Numbered from the stretch's first letter, positions 36,001 through 45,991 are shown. The stretch is 64,000 nt of DNA from an uncultured cyanobacterium (GCA_963718615.1 OY970368.1:1312001-1376000), one strand, 5' to 3'. Numbers and translations: made by a program. Notes: generated by a model not told the origin, from the letters alone.

Positions 36001-38746
36001 TCCCCAGGTGTCTGGGTTTTCCTTTAGCTTTGATTTGAGTCAACCGGAAGGGCCACGGATTCAGTCCCTGGCGATCGAAGATCCGACAGGAAAAGACCTC
36101 GATGTGGTAGTCCGCGATGGCCAAATTGTGGGTGATCCAAGCCGAACTTTTCGGATGGTCACCCTGGATTTCTTGGCGAGCGGTGGCGATGGTTATCCAT
36201 TCGAGACCTTGGCTAATCCAAATCGCCTTGACATCACTGCGGCGGCAGCGGATCCGAAAACCGGCACGGCTACGTTTGCGCCAGATCATTCGGAACAGGA
36301 TGCCTTGGCGGAATACTTAGCCGCCAACTTTACTGAGGCCAATCCCTACGATCGCCTCGACACTCCCCGCGAATTGGATACCCGCATCCAAAACTTAGCC
36401 TTCCGCAACGATCTCGTACTCGATACTCCCACAATCACCAAAATCCACACCATTCAGGGCAATGCCACAACCCAAACCAGCGGCGGAGCCCATGATGACG
36501 TCAGCCCGCTCAATGGCCAAACGGTCACCCTCGAAGGGGTTGTCGTTGCGGGTTTTCAAAACGGGGATCAGCTCCGGGGCTTTTTCCTACAGGAAGAAAC
36601 CGCCGACCAGGACAGCGACAGCAGCACCTCCGAAGGCATCTTTATCTTTACCGGCAATAGTCCCCTGTTGGATGTGCAAGAGGGACAAAAGATTCGGATC
36701 ACGGGTAAAGTCAGCGAGTTTTTCGGAATGACCCAGATCGATGCTACAGCAACGGGTAGCGCCATCAGTCTCGTCGATAGCGGCAATAACATCGGCCAAG
36801 TAACAACAGCAACCTTGGCGTTGCCCGTGACGGGCGATCTGGATGACTACTACGAACAGTTTGAAGGCATGCGGGTGCAGTTCGCCGACAAACTCTATGT
36901 GTCGGAATACTTTGAAGTGGCACGCTATGGGCAAATTGTGTTGACGGAAGGCGATCGCCCCTTCCAATACACCCACCTCGACGACACCCCCACGGCAGCG
37001 GAGTTCACCGCCTTCCAGGAAAACTTGGCTCGACAGCGAATCATTCTGGACGATGACAACAATCTCCAGAATCCTCCCCTCCCCGATGGCACCTTCTTCT
37101 ATCCCCAGCCCGATGGATTGAGTACGGGTAGCCAAGGCAGCGACTTCTTCCGAGGGGGCGATAGTATCAGCAACTTAACCGGTATTTTACACTGGTCCTT
37201 TGCGGGACAGAGCGGCACCGATGCTTGGCGAGTTCGACCGACGGAGGCCAGTCCGGTTGTCTTTACACCAGAGAACCTACGCCCCGAAACACCCGAGGCC
37301 GTGGGTGGCAATCTCAAGGTCGCCAGCTTCAACGTGCTGAACTATTTCACCAGTATCGACGATGGCAGCAACACTGCTGGACCCAATGGCGACCAGGAAG
37401 GCCGAGGTGCCGACAGTGCCGATGAGCTCACCCGCCAAACCCAGAAGCTGGTGCAGGCGCTCAAGGGCATTGATGCAGATATCTTCGGCTTGGTTGAGCT
37501 GGAAAACAATGGCGGAGATGCCGATGGTGGTGCGATTCAGGCAGTTGTGGATGCCCTGAATGCCGAGGTTGGAGCCGGGACCTACGACTCCATTAAGACT
37601 GGGGACGTGGGCACTGATGCGATTACCGTCGGGTTCATTTACAAGGCTAGCGTTGTGGCCCCCAAGGGGAATTTTGCGGTTCTGGATGATCCAGCGTTTA
37701 CCGATCCAAATGGAACAGGGACCCCGCGAAATCGACCGGCGATCGCCCAAACCTTCGAGGTCATCGATCCCAACAATCCTGATTTTGGCGAGGCCCTAAC
37801 GGTCGTCAACAACCACTTTAAATCCAAGGGGGCTTCTGGCCTGACGGCAGGAGGTTCAGAACCCGACGCGGACCAAGGCGATGGCCAAGGCTTCTGGAAT
37901 GACACCCGTGCCAAAGCGGCGACCTATCTGGCTCAGACCTGGCTGCCCAGCGATCCCACAGGCCAAGGGGATGAGGATTTTCTGATTATTGGCGACCTCA
38001 ATTCCTATCGCGGTGAAGCACCGATTACCGCGTTCAAAAATGCAGGCTATACGGATTTGGCCGCGAGCCTCATCGGCGACGATGCCTATAGCTATGTGTT
38101 CAATGGCCAACTGGGTTATCTGGACTATGCCCTCTCCAGTCCAACGCTAACGCCCCAGGTTACTGGCATCACCGAATGGCATATTAACGCCGACGAAGTG
38201 CCGGTGTTTGACTACAACAACACCCTCGACGACGGGGCGGGAGAAGCCAGCTTTGAAGCTAAACCCACGGGCAACAATCTCTTTGAGGTCAATGCCTTCC
38301 GGACTTCGGACCATGATCCAGTGATTATCGGTCTTGACCTGGGCAGCGCCATCACCGAGATTCTCGGAACCGACCAGCGGGAAACCCTGACCGGCAGTGC
38401 TGGCCCAGACCGAATGATTGGCAACGGCGGCACGGATCAGCTCACGGGCAATGGCGGGGCCGATGAATTTGTCTACCGCAAGTTAGGCGATGGTCGCGAT
38501 ACGATTACCGACTTTACACCCGGTGAGGATAGATTGGTGTTGACGGAGTTATTTGCCGGTTCTGAGTTGGATTATGCGGGGGCGATCGCCAACCAATACC
38601 TCAGTTTCGGCAGCCGCAATGGCGATAGTTATGTGTTGGTGGATTTGGATGGTGCTGCTGGCAATCAGAATCGACCGATCGCGATCGCCGTTCTCCAAGG
38701 GGTTGCCCAAGAAGCCTTAGCGGACAGTCGTAATTTCATTCTCTAG
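33008..38746 (+). CDS. Giant secreted phosphatase: choice-of-anchor-I propeller + 5'-nucleotidase + ExeM/NucH nuclease + RTX/T1SS C-terminus
   Basis: GALPDMVTF, ANEGE, RSDDKGPEPEG; LQLLHASDQEG, FGNHEFD, ETNLGNL, GRFPQVSG; ASFNVLNYF, NHFKSKG, IGDLNSY, SDHDPV; GNGGTD and DTITDF. Confidence 0.9.
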   Translation: MSLLLNPIGTYASGAFDQGAAEINAFDPLSQRLFVVNAQTVTVDILDLSDPTLPTKLGTIDATSYGGVANSVAVKNGIIAVAIEANTKTDPGQVVFFEASTGNFLKAITVGALPDMVTFTPDGTKVLVANEGEPGSMDPVGSISIIDLSSGVASATVQTAGFDNFIGQEASLRSQGVRIFPNKTAAEDFEPEYISVSPDGTKAFVTLQENNAVAVVDIASATVTEIQPLGTKDHSQPGNGLDASDRDNAINIVNWPVSGLYMPDAIASFSANGQTYYITANEGDARNEDVRVKDLTLDPTVFSDAAILQEDAILGRLTVSSLDGDPDGDGDYDQLYSYGSRSFSIWDASGNQVYDSGDAFERITAERFPTHFNASNTNTTLDNRSDDKGPEPEGVTLGQIDGRTYAFIGLERIGGVMVYDVTDPAKAAFVDYFNNRDFSESPELASGVSNPAALDSGPEGLTFISAEDSPNGTPLLVVSNEISGTTTVYEVKPKTFTLQLLHASDQEGGIAALDDAPNFSAVLNALANQDQDGDGNADYVNTLRLSSGDAYIPGLFLDASADPSLAPLLGATGKGRADILIQNELGFEAIAFGNHEFDLGTGLVQSVLTADGNYPGAAFPYLSSNLNFRPDANLAPLVTLDGQEASTIPGKIAKSAIVTVNGEPIGIVGATTPTLGTISSPGDVGVSPFPFGGSPSSAELDALAAEIQTTVDALLAANPALNKVILLAHMQQIGIEQELAQRLRNVDIIMAGGSNTRLVDSDDRLRAGDTAQGVYPIVQTDADGKPVAIVNTDGNYKYVGRLVIDFDANGNIIPESYNPSISGAYATDAAGVAAVGGTPDPEIVAITDALREVITRLDSNFFGVTDVFLNGNRAGGGTDGVRNQETNLGNLTADANLAIAQQVDPTVVISLKNGGGVRASIGRIETPTGAVEPERLPPAGNDLTGKPEGGISQIDVQNTLAFNNGLSLVTVTAVELRTLIEYGIAASTLDPASAEGRFPQVSGFSFSFDLSQPEGPRIQSLAIEDPTGKDLDVVVRDGQIVGDPSRTFRMVTLDFLASGGDGYPFETLANPNRLDITAAAADPKTGTATFAPDHSEQDALAEYLAANFTEANPYDRLDTPRELDTRIQNLAFRNDLVLDTPTITKIHTIQGNATTQTSGGAHDDVSPLNGQTVTLEGVVVAGFQNGDQLRGFFLQEETADQDSDSSTSEGIFIFTGNSPLLDVQEGQKIRITGKVSEFFGMTQIDATATGSAISLVDSGNNIGQVTTATLALPVTGDLDDYYEQFEGMRVQFADKLYVSEYFEVARYGQIVLTEGDRPFQYTHLDDTPTAAEFTAFQENLARQRIILDDDNNLQNPPLPDGTFFYPQPDGLSTGSQGSDFFRGGDSISNLTGILHWSFAGQSGTDAWRVRPTEASPVVFTPENLRPETPEAVGGNLKVASFNVLNYFTSIDDGSNTAGPNGDQEGRGADSADELTRQTQKLVQALKGIDADIFGLVELENNGGDADGGAIQAVVDALNAEVGAGTYDSIKTGDVGTDAITVGFIYKASVVAPKGNFAVLDDPAFTDPNGTGTPRNRPAIAQTFEVIDPNNPDFGEALTVVNNHFKSKGASGLTAGGSEPDADQGDGQGFWNDTRAKAATYLAQTWLPSDPTGQGDEDFLIIGDLNSYRGEAPITAFKNAGYTDLAASLIGDDAYSYVFNGQLGYLDYALSSPTLTPQVTGITEWHINADEVPVFDYNNTLDDGAGEASFEAKPTGNNLFEVNAFRTSDHDPVIIGLDLGSAITEILGTDQRETLTGSAGPDRMIGNGGTDQLTGNGGADEFVYRKLGDGRDTITDFTPGEDRLVLTELFAGSELDYAGAIANQYLSFGSRNGDSYVLVDLDGAAGNQNRPIAIAVLQGVAQEALADSRNFIL

Positions 38747-38844
38747 GTCTTGTTCTAGACCTTTCTCTAGATCTTCTCTAGATCTTGTCTTCAGGTTTTT
38801 TCGTGATCTTTTTGAGTTTTTCATTGCAATTTTCGGAGTTCTTC

Positions 38845-39465
38845 ATGTCATTCTCAGTTCGTTCATTGGGATTTAAGTTTGCGCTTTTGGCGACTTGTAC
38901 CGGCTTCGGCTTCAGTGCTGCGCCATCGGCCCGAGCAGCGGCGATTGACTTTAATGCTGCGCCCTGGAGCAGCAGGGGTAGCGTGAGTTTTCCGGACCTA
39001 GGTCAAGCCGCCAGTCTCTCAACGGGAAGCGGAGCAACGGAGCAACTTTCATCGCCAGATCTGACAGATTTTCTAGGCTTAGCGGGTGGGGATCTAGATC
39101 CCAGTTTCTTGGATAATGCCTATGAAGGTTCAGCGCTCAAGCGTTTGGTTCAAGCTGGTGATCAAATCAGCTTGGACTGGAACTTTAGCCTCTTTTCCGA
39201 TGGGTCTAGTAGCGATTTAGATTATGCCTTTGTCCTCCGAGATGGCGTTGTGCAAACCCTGACGGGGAGCAGTGGCAGTTTCGCGACGACCTTTGCGAAT
39301 TCGGGTTGGTTTGCGATCGGAGTGGTCGATGTCAATGATGATCAAGGCGATTCTGTCTTGGCACTCAGCACGGGCGATTTTCAGGCGGTACCGACACCGG
39401 GTTTGTTGCCTGCCCTGCTGGGATTTGGGGTGAGTTGCTGGCGCAGGCGGCGATCGGCTCACTAG
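38845..39465 (+). CDS. PTPA-CTERM (PEP-CTERM-like) sorted surface protein
   Basis: Signal peptide; C-terminal AVPTPGLLPALLGFGVSCWRRRR. Confidence 0.85.
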   Translation: MSFSVRSLGFKFALLATCTGFGFSAAPSARAAAIDFNAAPWSSRGSVSFPDLGQAASLSTGSGATEQLSSPDLTDFLGLAGGDLDPSFLDNAYEGSALKRLVQAGDQISLDWNFSLFSDGSSSDLDYAFVLRDGVVQTLTGSSGSFATTFANSGWFAIGVVDVNDDQGDSVLALSTGDFQAVPTPGLLPALLGFGVSCWRRRRSAH

Positions 39466-39643
39466 GGCGATCGGCTGACGGATTGATTCAGGCATTGAGC
39501 TGATAAACCCTGGCGGGGGTGGACCTGGCGAGAAGCGATGTCTTTTCGTGGGGATCATTCCCGCCCCTGCTTTGTTAAGCTAATCCAGGGGAACCGAATG
39601 GTTCGACTCCCCGCTCACGTCCCACCGATCGCCTGTAAAGCTC

Positions 39644-40297
39644 ATGATGCCTCGACGCTACCACCGGATTCGTCAAGTGCTGGACAAGCGCCAGCCTGAC
39701 CTGACGGTGATGATGGAAAATGTCCATAAACCCCATAACCTTTCGGCGATCCTGCGGACCTGTGATGCGGTGGGGGTATTTGAGGCCCATGCGGTTAGTG
39801 ATAAGGGGGCCGTGCAGACCTTTAATAGTACTGCCCAAGGGAGTCAGAAGTGGGTGCGGTTGACCATACATCCCGACACGGAAATGGCGATTCAGCAGTT
39901 GCAGGAGCGAGGTTTTCGGGTGTATGCGGCGCATTTGTCAGAGCGGGCGATCGACTATCGTCAAGTCGATTTTACCCAACCCAGCGCGGTCTTACTCGGG
40001 GCAGAAAAATGGGGCGTAAGTGAAACAGCGGCGAAGTTGTGCGATGAACATATCATTGTGCCGATGGTGGGCATGGTGGAGTCGCTGAATGTGTCGGTGG
40101 CGAATTCGGTTATTTTGTTTGAAGCCCAGCGGCAGCGGATGCTAGCAGGGTTGTATGACCACCCGCGTTTGGAGCCGGAATTGTATGAGCGCACGCTTTT
40201 TGAATGGGCCTATCCCCGCTTAGCGGCACGCTATCAGGCGAAGCAGGAGTGCTATCCGGTTTTGGATGAGGAGGGACAGCTTGTGGGGCGGGGCTAG
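39644..40297 (+). CDS. trmH: tRNA (Gm18) 2'-O-methyltransferase
   Basis: RQPDLTV..KPHNLSAILRTCDAVG, GAEKWGVS, ESLNVSVA. Confidence 0.95.
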   Translation: MMPRRYHRIRQVLDKRQPDLTVMMENVHKPHNLSAILRTCDAVGVFEAHAVSDKGAVQTFNSTAQGSQKWVRLTIHPDTEMAIQQLQERGFRVYAAHLSERAIDYRQVDFTQPSAVLLGAEKWGVSETAAKLCDEHIIVPMVGMVESLNVSVANSVILFEAQRQRMLAGLYDHPRLEPELYERTLFEWAYPRLAARYQAKQECYPVLDEEGQLVGRG

Positions 40298-40383
40298 GGC
40301 AGCGGTTGAGGACGCGAGCTGTGATCCTTGAGGGAAATCTTTTGCTTTTATCATAGAGATAGACCCGTCAGCGCAGGTTCACC

Positions 40384-42357
40384 GTGGTTGATTCGCCCGC
40401 AAACACTCCCGCCCCCGTCCCCCCGCCCCTCGAAAACGATCGCCTCCCTCTGCTCAAACAGCCCGATCGCTTAGAGCAACGCCTGCGGGAAATTCCGCCG
40501 GAGCCGGGGTGTTATTTCATGCGCGATCGCGATGACAACATCCTCTACATCGGCAAATCCAAACAGCTTCGCTCCCGCGTCCGCTCCTACTTCCGCGAGG
40601 CCCGTCAGCTCGCACCCAAAATCGAGCTGATGGTGCGTCAGGTCGTGGAGATTGAGTTCATCGTCACGGATACAGAGGCCGAGGCCCTGGCCCTAGAGGC
40701 GAATCTGATCAAGCGGCATCTGCCCCATTTTAATACGCTGCTTAAGGACGACAAAAAGTATCCCTATCTTTGTATTACCTGGTCTGAGGACTATCCCCGT
40801 ATTTTTATTACCCGCAAACGGCGACAGGGCAAGGCGCGCGATCGCTACTACGGTCCCTATGTCGATACCGGCCTCCTGCGCAGTACGCTCCACCTGGTCA
40901 AACGCATTTTTCCCCTGCGGCAACGACCCAAACCCTTGCACAAAGACCGCACCTGTCTAAACTACGACATTGGTCAATGTCCCGGCGTCTGTCAGCAAAA
41001 AATTAGCCCGGAAGACTACAAGAAAATCGTCCAAAAGGTGGCCATGGTCTTCCAGGGACGAACCGATGAGCTGGTGCAGATCCTCACGGCGCAAATGGAA
41101 AAGGCGGCGGAGCGGTTGCAGTTTGAGCAGGCGGCGGCGTTGCGCGATCGCATTCGTGGCCTAGAATCCCTCGGTGCCGATCAAAAAGTCGCGTTGCCCG
41201 ATGATACGGTGTCTCGGGATGCGATCGCCCTCGCCCTCGACGACACCCATGCCTGTATCCAACTCTTTCAGGTGCGGGCTGGTCGGCTGGTGGGACGGTT
41301 GGGTTATTTGGCCGATGCCCAGTCGGGAACAGCGGGGGCCATTTTGCAGCGGGTCTTGGAGGCCCACTATGACCAGGTGGATCCGGTGGAAATTCCCTCG
41401 GAAATTTTAGTCCAGCATGAGTTGCCGGAGAGCGAAGTCCTAGAAGCGGCGCTGAATGAGCGACGGGGACGGAAGGTAGCAATTGTGAATCCGCAACGGC
41501 AGCAAAAGGCAGAGCTGATCGCCATGGTGGAGCGCAATGCGGAGTATGAGCTGGCCCGGACCCAGCGATCGGCGGACCGCAACTTGCAGGCCGTGCAGGA
41601 TTTGGCGGAGATTTTGGATTTACCCGAACTACCCCGCCGCATCGAGGGCTATGACATTTCCCACATCCAGGGCTCCAATGCCGTGGCCTCCCAAGTGGTA
41701 TTTATCGACGGCATGCCTGCGAAGCAGCACTATCGCCGCTACAAAATCCGCAATCCCGACATTCAAATTGGCCATTCCGACGACTTTGCCAGTATGGCCG
41801 AGGTGATTCGCCGCCGCTTTCGCCGCCACGCCCAAGCCAAGGCCCAGGGGGCGATTTTGACCACGAGTGAAACGCGGGCTTCGAGCTTGCTCAGTCCGGG
41901 CGATCTGGCGGATTGGCCCGATCTAGTGATGATCGATGGCGGTAAGGGTCAGCTTTCGGCAGTGGTAGCGGTGTTGCAAGAGCTGAATTTGCTCGAAGAT
42001 CTCCATGTGGTCAGTCTTGCCAAGAAACAGGAAGAAATTTTCCTGCCGGGAGAATCACTACCGTTGAAGACTGAAAAGGAGCAGCCTGGGGTGCAGTTGT
42101 TGCGGCGGTTGCGGGATGAGGCCCATCGGTTTGCGGTGAGTTTCCATCGGCAGCAGCGGAGTGAAAATTTGCGGCGATCGCGCCTAGACGAGATCCCCGG
42201 CCTCGGCCACCAGCGCCAAAAGGAACTCCTCGGCCATTTCCGGTCCATCGACTACATCCGTCTGGCAACACCGGAACAGCTCCAGGTCGTTCCCGGTATT
42301 GGTCCACAATTGGCCCAGCAGATCCACGATTATTTCAATCCCAATCCTGGAACTTGA
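40384..42357 (+). CDS. uvrC: Excinuclease ABC subunit C
   Basis: GIY-YIG (PGCYFM..LYIGKS), [26 protein letters not shown]-terminal HhH. Confidence 0.98.
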   Translation: MVDSPANTPAPVPPPLENDRLPLLKQPDRLEQRLREIPPEPGCYFMRDRDDNILYIGKSKQLRSRVRSYFREARQLAPKIELMVRQVVEIEFIVTDTEAEALALEANLIKRHLPHFNTLLKDDKKYPYLCITWSEDYPRIFITRKRRQGKARDRYYGPYVDTGLLRSTLHLVKRIFPLRQRPKPLHKDRTCLNYDIGQCPGVCQQKISPEDYKKIVQKVAMVFQGRTDELVQILTAQMEKAAERLQFEQAAALRDRIRGLESLGADQKVALPDDTVSRDAIALALDDTHACIQLFQVRAGRLVGRLGYLADAQSGTAGAILQRVLEAHYDQVDPVEIPSEILVQHELPESEVLEAALNERRGRKVAIVNPQRQQKAELIAMVERNAEYELARTQRSADRNLQAVQDLAEILDLPELPRRIEGYDISHIQGSNAVASQVVFIDGMPAKQHYRRYKIRNPDIQIGHSDDFASMAEVIRRRFRRHAQAKAQGAILTTSETRASSLLSPGDLADWPDLVMIDGGKGQLSAVVAVLQELNLLEDLHVVSLAKKQEEIFLPGESLPLKTEKEQPGVQLLRRLRDEAHRFAVSFHRQQRSENLRRSRLDEIPGLGHQRQKELLGHFRSIDYIRLATPEQLQVVPGIGPQLAQQIHDYFNPNPGT

Positions 42358-42532
42358 CAATTCCTTTAAGGTTATGGCGGAAAATCTATTAAACTCTTTT
42401 TATCTTTTCGCTTGCGATGGTCTCTTACTTCGCATTAGTGCATTTTGTGTGTCTACATCATTTAGATTCAAAACGAGGATAAACGCTGCCGAAATGTAGC
42501 GGACTCAGGGAGCATGTTGGAATAGCAAGAGC

Positions 42533-45500
42533 ATGGAATTAGATTTGGACGTTGCTTGGCTAGTCGGTTGTGCGGGACTGGTCTTTATGATGCAGCCCGG
42601 ATTCATGTGTCTAGAGTCTGGGCTGACGCGTTCGAAAAACAGCATCAATGTGGCAGTCAAAAATCTGACGGATTTTGCCATTTCCGTGATGGTTTTTTGG
42701 CTATTTGGCTACGGCCTGCTGTTTGGGACCTCGCTGGGAGGCTGGATCGGGGGGGCGGGGTTTGTGCCGGAACTGTCGGATTCGGCGCGGCTGGCGGCGT
42801 TTTTTCTGTTTGAGGCGATGTTCTGCGGCACCGCTACGACGATTGTGTCCGGTGCGATCTCCGAGCGGATGCGCTACAGCGTTTATTTGGTGATCTGTTT
42901 AATTATTTCTGGGTTGATTTATCCCCTGTTTGGTCATTGGGCTTGGAATGGGATTGAAGCGGGTATTGCGGGGGGATGGTTGCGATCGCTCGGTTTCCTA
43001 GATTTCGCTGGCTCCACAGTGGTGCACAGCATCGGTGGCTGGGTCTCCCTGGCAGCACTCCTCGTCATCGGTCCCCGCATCGGTCGGTATAGCGAAGGCC
43101 GCGTCAACGAGCTCAATCGCTCCAGTCTACCCCTGTCGGTGCTCGGAACCATGCTCCTGTGGTTGGGCTGGATGGGGTTCAATGGCGGCAGCACACTGGC
43201 GTTTAACGACCAAATCCCCCGCGTGATTGTCCAAACCATTTTGGCCGGGTCGTCAGGGCTACTCTCGGCGGTGGCCTTGGGCTGGTCGCGGCGCAAGCTG
43301 CCCCAGGTGGAGGTGATGATCAATGGTTCCCTGGGGGGCCTGGTCTCAATTACGGCGGGCTGCAATGCCGTCTCAACGCCCCATGCAGCTTTAATTGGGG
43401 CCATAGGCGGCGTTGTCATGCTCTTGGCGACGGATCTGATGAACCGCTGTCGCATTGACGATGGCGTAGATGCGGTGGCCATCCATGGGTTTTGCGGCGT
43501 TTGGGGCACGCTAGCGGTGGCGCTGTTTGGGGATTTGGAGATTTTAGGGACGGGGTTGTCGCGGCATCAACAGGTAGCCGTGCAGTTGTTTGGCAGTGGC
43601 GTGGCGTTTGTTTGGGCCTTTGGGATGAGTTATCTCCTGCTCTGGGGACTCAATCGGCTCACACCGCTGCGGGTCTCAGCGGAGGAGGAAGAGCTGGGCC
43701 TCAATGTCTCGGAACATGGGGCCAAAACGGAGCTGTACGACCTCTTTCGGGTGATGGATGACCAGGCGCAGACGGGAAATTTTAGCCTGCGGGTGCCGGA
43801 AGTGCCCTATACGGAAGTGGGAAAAATTGCCTATCGCTATAACCAGGTGATGGCGACGGTGGAGTCCTATGCCAAACGGCTACAACGGTTTAACAACCGC
43901 CTCGAACGCAAAGTTGCGGAGCGAACCTCAGAACTGGCTCAAGCCAATGCAGAACTGACGCGGCTCCATACGGTCAAAGACCAGTTTTTAGCGAACACCT
44001 CCCATGAATTGCGCACCCCCCTCCACGGCATTATTGGCCTAGCGGAATCCATGCTCGACGGCTCAACGGGGCTGTTGTCGGTGGCCCAACAGCAAAATTT
44101 GTCGTTGATTGCCCAGAGCGGTCGGCGATTGGCCCATTTGGTCAATGATATTTTGGATTTTTCGCAATTGAAGCGCGATCGCTTGCAAATTCATCCCGGT
44201 AGCGTCGATCTGCATACCGTTGTGGATTTAATTCTGACCATGACCGAGGCCACCATCGGAAAAAAAAACGTTGCCCTTAGGAACCAAGTGCCCCCCGGAC
44301 TGCCACCGGTTTGGGCCGATGCCAATCGGTTGCAGCAGATCCTCTATAACCTAGTGGGAAACGGCATTAAATTTACGAATTCTGGGGCTGTGACCGTTTC
44401 GGCGCAGCGGAGAGCGGATCGGATTGAGGTGGCGATCGCCGACACCGGCATCGGTATTCCTGCCGACCAACACAGCCGTATTTTTGAATCCTTTGAACAG
44501 GGGGATGGCACAACCGCTCGCCGCTACGGGGGAACCGGCTTGGGATTGGCCGTAACCCAACAGTTGGTGCTCCTCCATGGGGGCGAACTCACTGTGGAAT
44601 CAACGGTAGGTGTAGGTTCAACCTTTCGGTTTTCATTGTCCATTAGTCAAGGGGTACCGGAACCCATATTGCCCAGCGCCCTAGCCCCCGCCCCCCCTCT
44701 AAGCAGTGCCTTCGCCAACGCTCTGGATTATCCCGATGCCTTAGAAATTTTGGCGGAGGCGGAGTTGGCGGCGGTGCAACAAAATGGCCGTCGTTTCAAG
44801 ATTTTGGTTGTTGACGATGAGCCGGTTAATTTACAGGTGTTGGTCAACCAACTGAGTCTAGAAAACTACGAAATTATTCAGGCCATGAGTGGGTTTGAAG
44901 CCCTGGAGATCATTGAGCAGGGGCTACAGCCAGATCTGATTTTGCTCGATGTGATGATGCCGCGCATGACGGGCTATGAGGTCTGCCACCGGCTGCGGGA
45001 GCGCTTTCCGGCCAACGAGTTGCCGATTCTGATGTTGACGGCCAAATCTCAATTGGCCGATATTGTCGAAGGCTTCCAGGAAGGAGCCAATGACTATTTG
45101 AATAAGCCCATTCAAAAACAGGAACTGCTGGCGCGTATGCGCACCCATTTGTATTTATCCAATCTCAATATTGCCTGTAGCCGATTTGTACCACGCCAAT
45201 TTTTACAGATCCTCAATAAGGAAAGCATTTTAGATGTGACCGTTGGCGATCAAATTCGTCAGGAAATGTCGATTTTGTTCTCCGATATCCGTGACTTCAC
45301 AACCCTAAGCGAACAGATGACGCCCGAAGACAACTTTCGGTTTATTAATGGCTATTTGTCGCGCATGGAACCTGCGATCGTGGAGAACCAAGGCTTTATT
45401 GACAAGTATATTGGTGATGCAATTATGGCGTTATTTGAGGAAGGGGCCGATGACGCGGTGCGGGCGGCGATCGCCATGCTTCAAACCCTTGAGGCTTATA

Positions 45501-45991
45501 ATCGCGATCGCCAAGCCCTAAACCGCACGCCGTTACGCATTGGCATCGGCATCAATACAGGCGATCTGATGCTCGGTACCGTCGGGGGACAAAGTCGGAT
45601 TGACGGCACGGTGATTGGCGATGTGGTGAATTTGGCCTCGCGTATGGAAGGTTTAACAAAGCGGTATCGGGTTCCTTTACTCATTAGTGAATCGACGTTC
45701 ACTCGGTTACAGGATGTGAGTGATTATGCCGTTCGGAAAATTGATCGGGTGCAGGTGAAGGGCAAGTCGGAATGGGTGTCGGTGTATGAGGTGTTTGAGG
45801 CAGATGCGCCGCAGTTGCGGATGAAGAAGTTGCGATCGCAAGTCAAATTTGAGGCGGCGATCGCGACATTCCATGAGGGGAGTTATGGTCAAGCGCAGGC
45901 GCAATTTAGCCAATATTTGGTCGAGAATTCGGCGGATTCGGTGGCGCAGGTTTATCTAGAGCGATGTGAGCAGGCGATCGCGGTGCTGTGA
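42533..45991 (+). CDS. Ammonium transporter-histidine kinase-receiver-class III adenylyl cyclase fusion
   Basis: Amt: DFAGSTVVH, WLGWMGFNGGS, AIHGFCG. HisKA: SHELRTPL. HATPase N/G boxes. REC: VDD, LLDVMMP, KP. Cyclase: FSDIRDFT, DKYIGD, GTVIGDVVNLASR. Confidence 0.93.
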   Translation: MELDLDVAWLVGCAGLVFMMQPGFMCLESGLTRSKNSINVAVKNLTDFAISVMVFWLFGYGLLFGTSLGGWIGGAGFVPELSDSARLAAFFLFEAMFCGTATTIVSGAISERMRYSVYLVICLIISGLIYPLFGHWAWNGIEAGIAGGWLRSLGFLDFAGSTVVHSIGGWVSLAALLVIGPRIGRYSEGRVNELNRSSLPLSVLGTMLLWLGWMGFNGGSTLAFNDQIPRVIVQTILAGSSGLLSAVALGWSRRKLPQVEVMINGSLGGLVSITAGCNAVSTPHAALIGAIGGVVMLLATDLMNRCRIDDGVDAVAIHGFCGVWGTLAVALFGDLEILGTGLSRHQQVAVQLFGSGVAFVWAFGMSYLLLWGLNRLTPLRVSAEEEELGLNVSEHGAKTELYDLFRVMDDQAQTGNFSLRVPEVPYTEVGKIAYRYNQVMATVESYAKRLQRFNNRLERKVAERTSELAQANAELTRLHTVKDQFLANTSHELRTPLHGIIGLAESMLDGSTGLLSVAQQQNLSLIAQSGRRLAHLVNDILDFSQLKRDRLQIHPGSVDLHTVVDLILTMTEATIGKKNVALRNQVPPGLPPVWADANRLQQILYNLVGNGIKFTNSGAVTVSAQRRADRIEVAIADTGIGIPADQHSRIFESFEQGDGTTARRYGGTGLGLAVTQQLVLLHGGELTVESTVGVGSTFRFSLSISQGVPEPILPSALAPAPPLSSAFANALDYPDALEILAEAELAAVQQNGRRFKILVVDDEPVNLQVLVNQLSLENYEIIQAMSGFEALEIIEQGLQPDLILLDVMMPRMTGYEVCHRLRERFPANELPILMLTAKSQLADIVEGFQEGANDYLNKPIQKQELLARMRTHLYLSNLNIACSRFVPRQFLQILNKESILDVTVGDQIRQEMSILFSDIRDFTTLSEQMTPEDNFRFINGYLSRMEPAIVENQGFIDKYIGDAIMALFEEGADDAVRAAIAMLQTLEAYNRDRQALNRTPLRIGIGINTGDLMLGTVGGQSRIDGTVIGDVVNLASRMEGLTKRYRVPLLISESTFTRLQDVSDYAVRKIDRVQVKGKSEWVSVYEVFEADAPQLRMKKLRSQVKFEAAIATFHEGSYGQAQAQFSQYLVENSADSVAQVYLERCEQAIAVL

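Noticed and set aside
39585-39615. GGTTCGACTCCCC, resembling a tRNA T-arm upstream of trmH
   Set aside because: No acceptor, D or anticodon stems can be built
42360-42532. NtcA site upstream of the Amt fusion
   Set aside because: No GTA-N8-TAC match found
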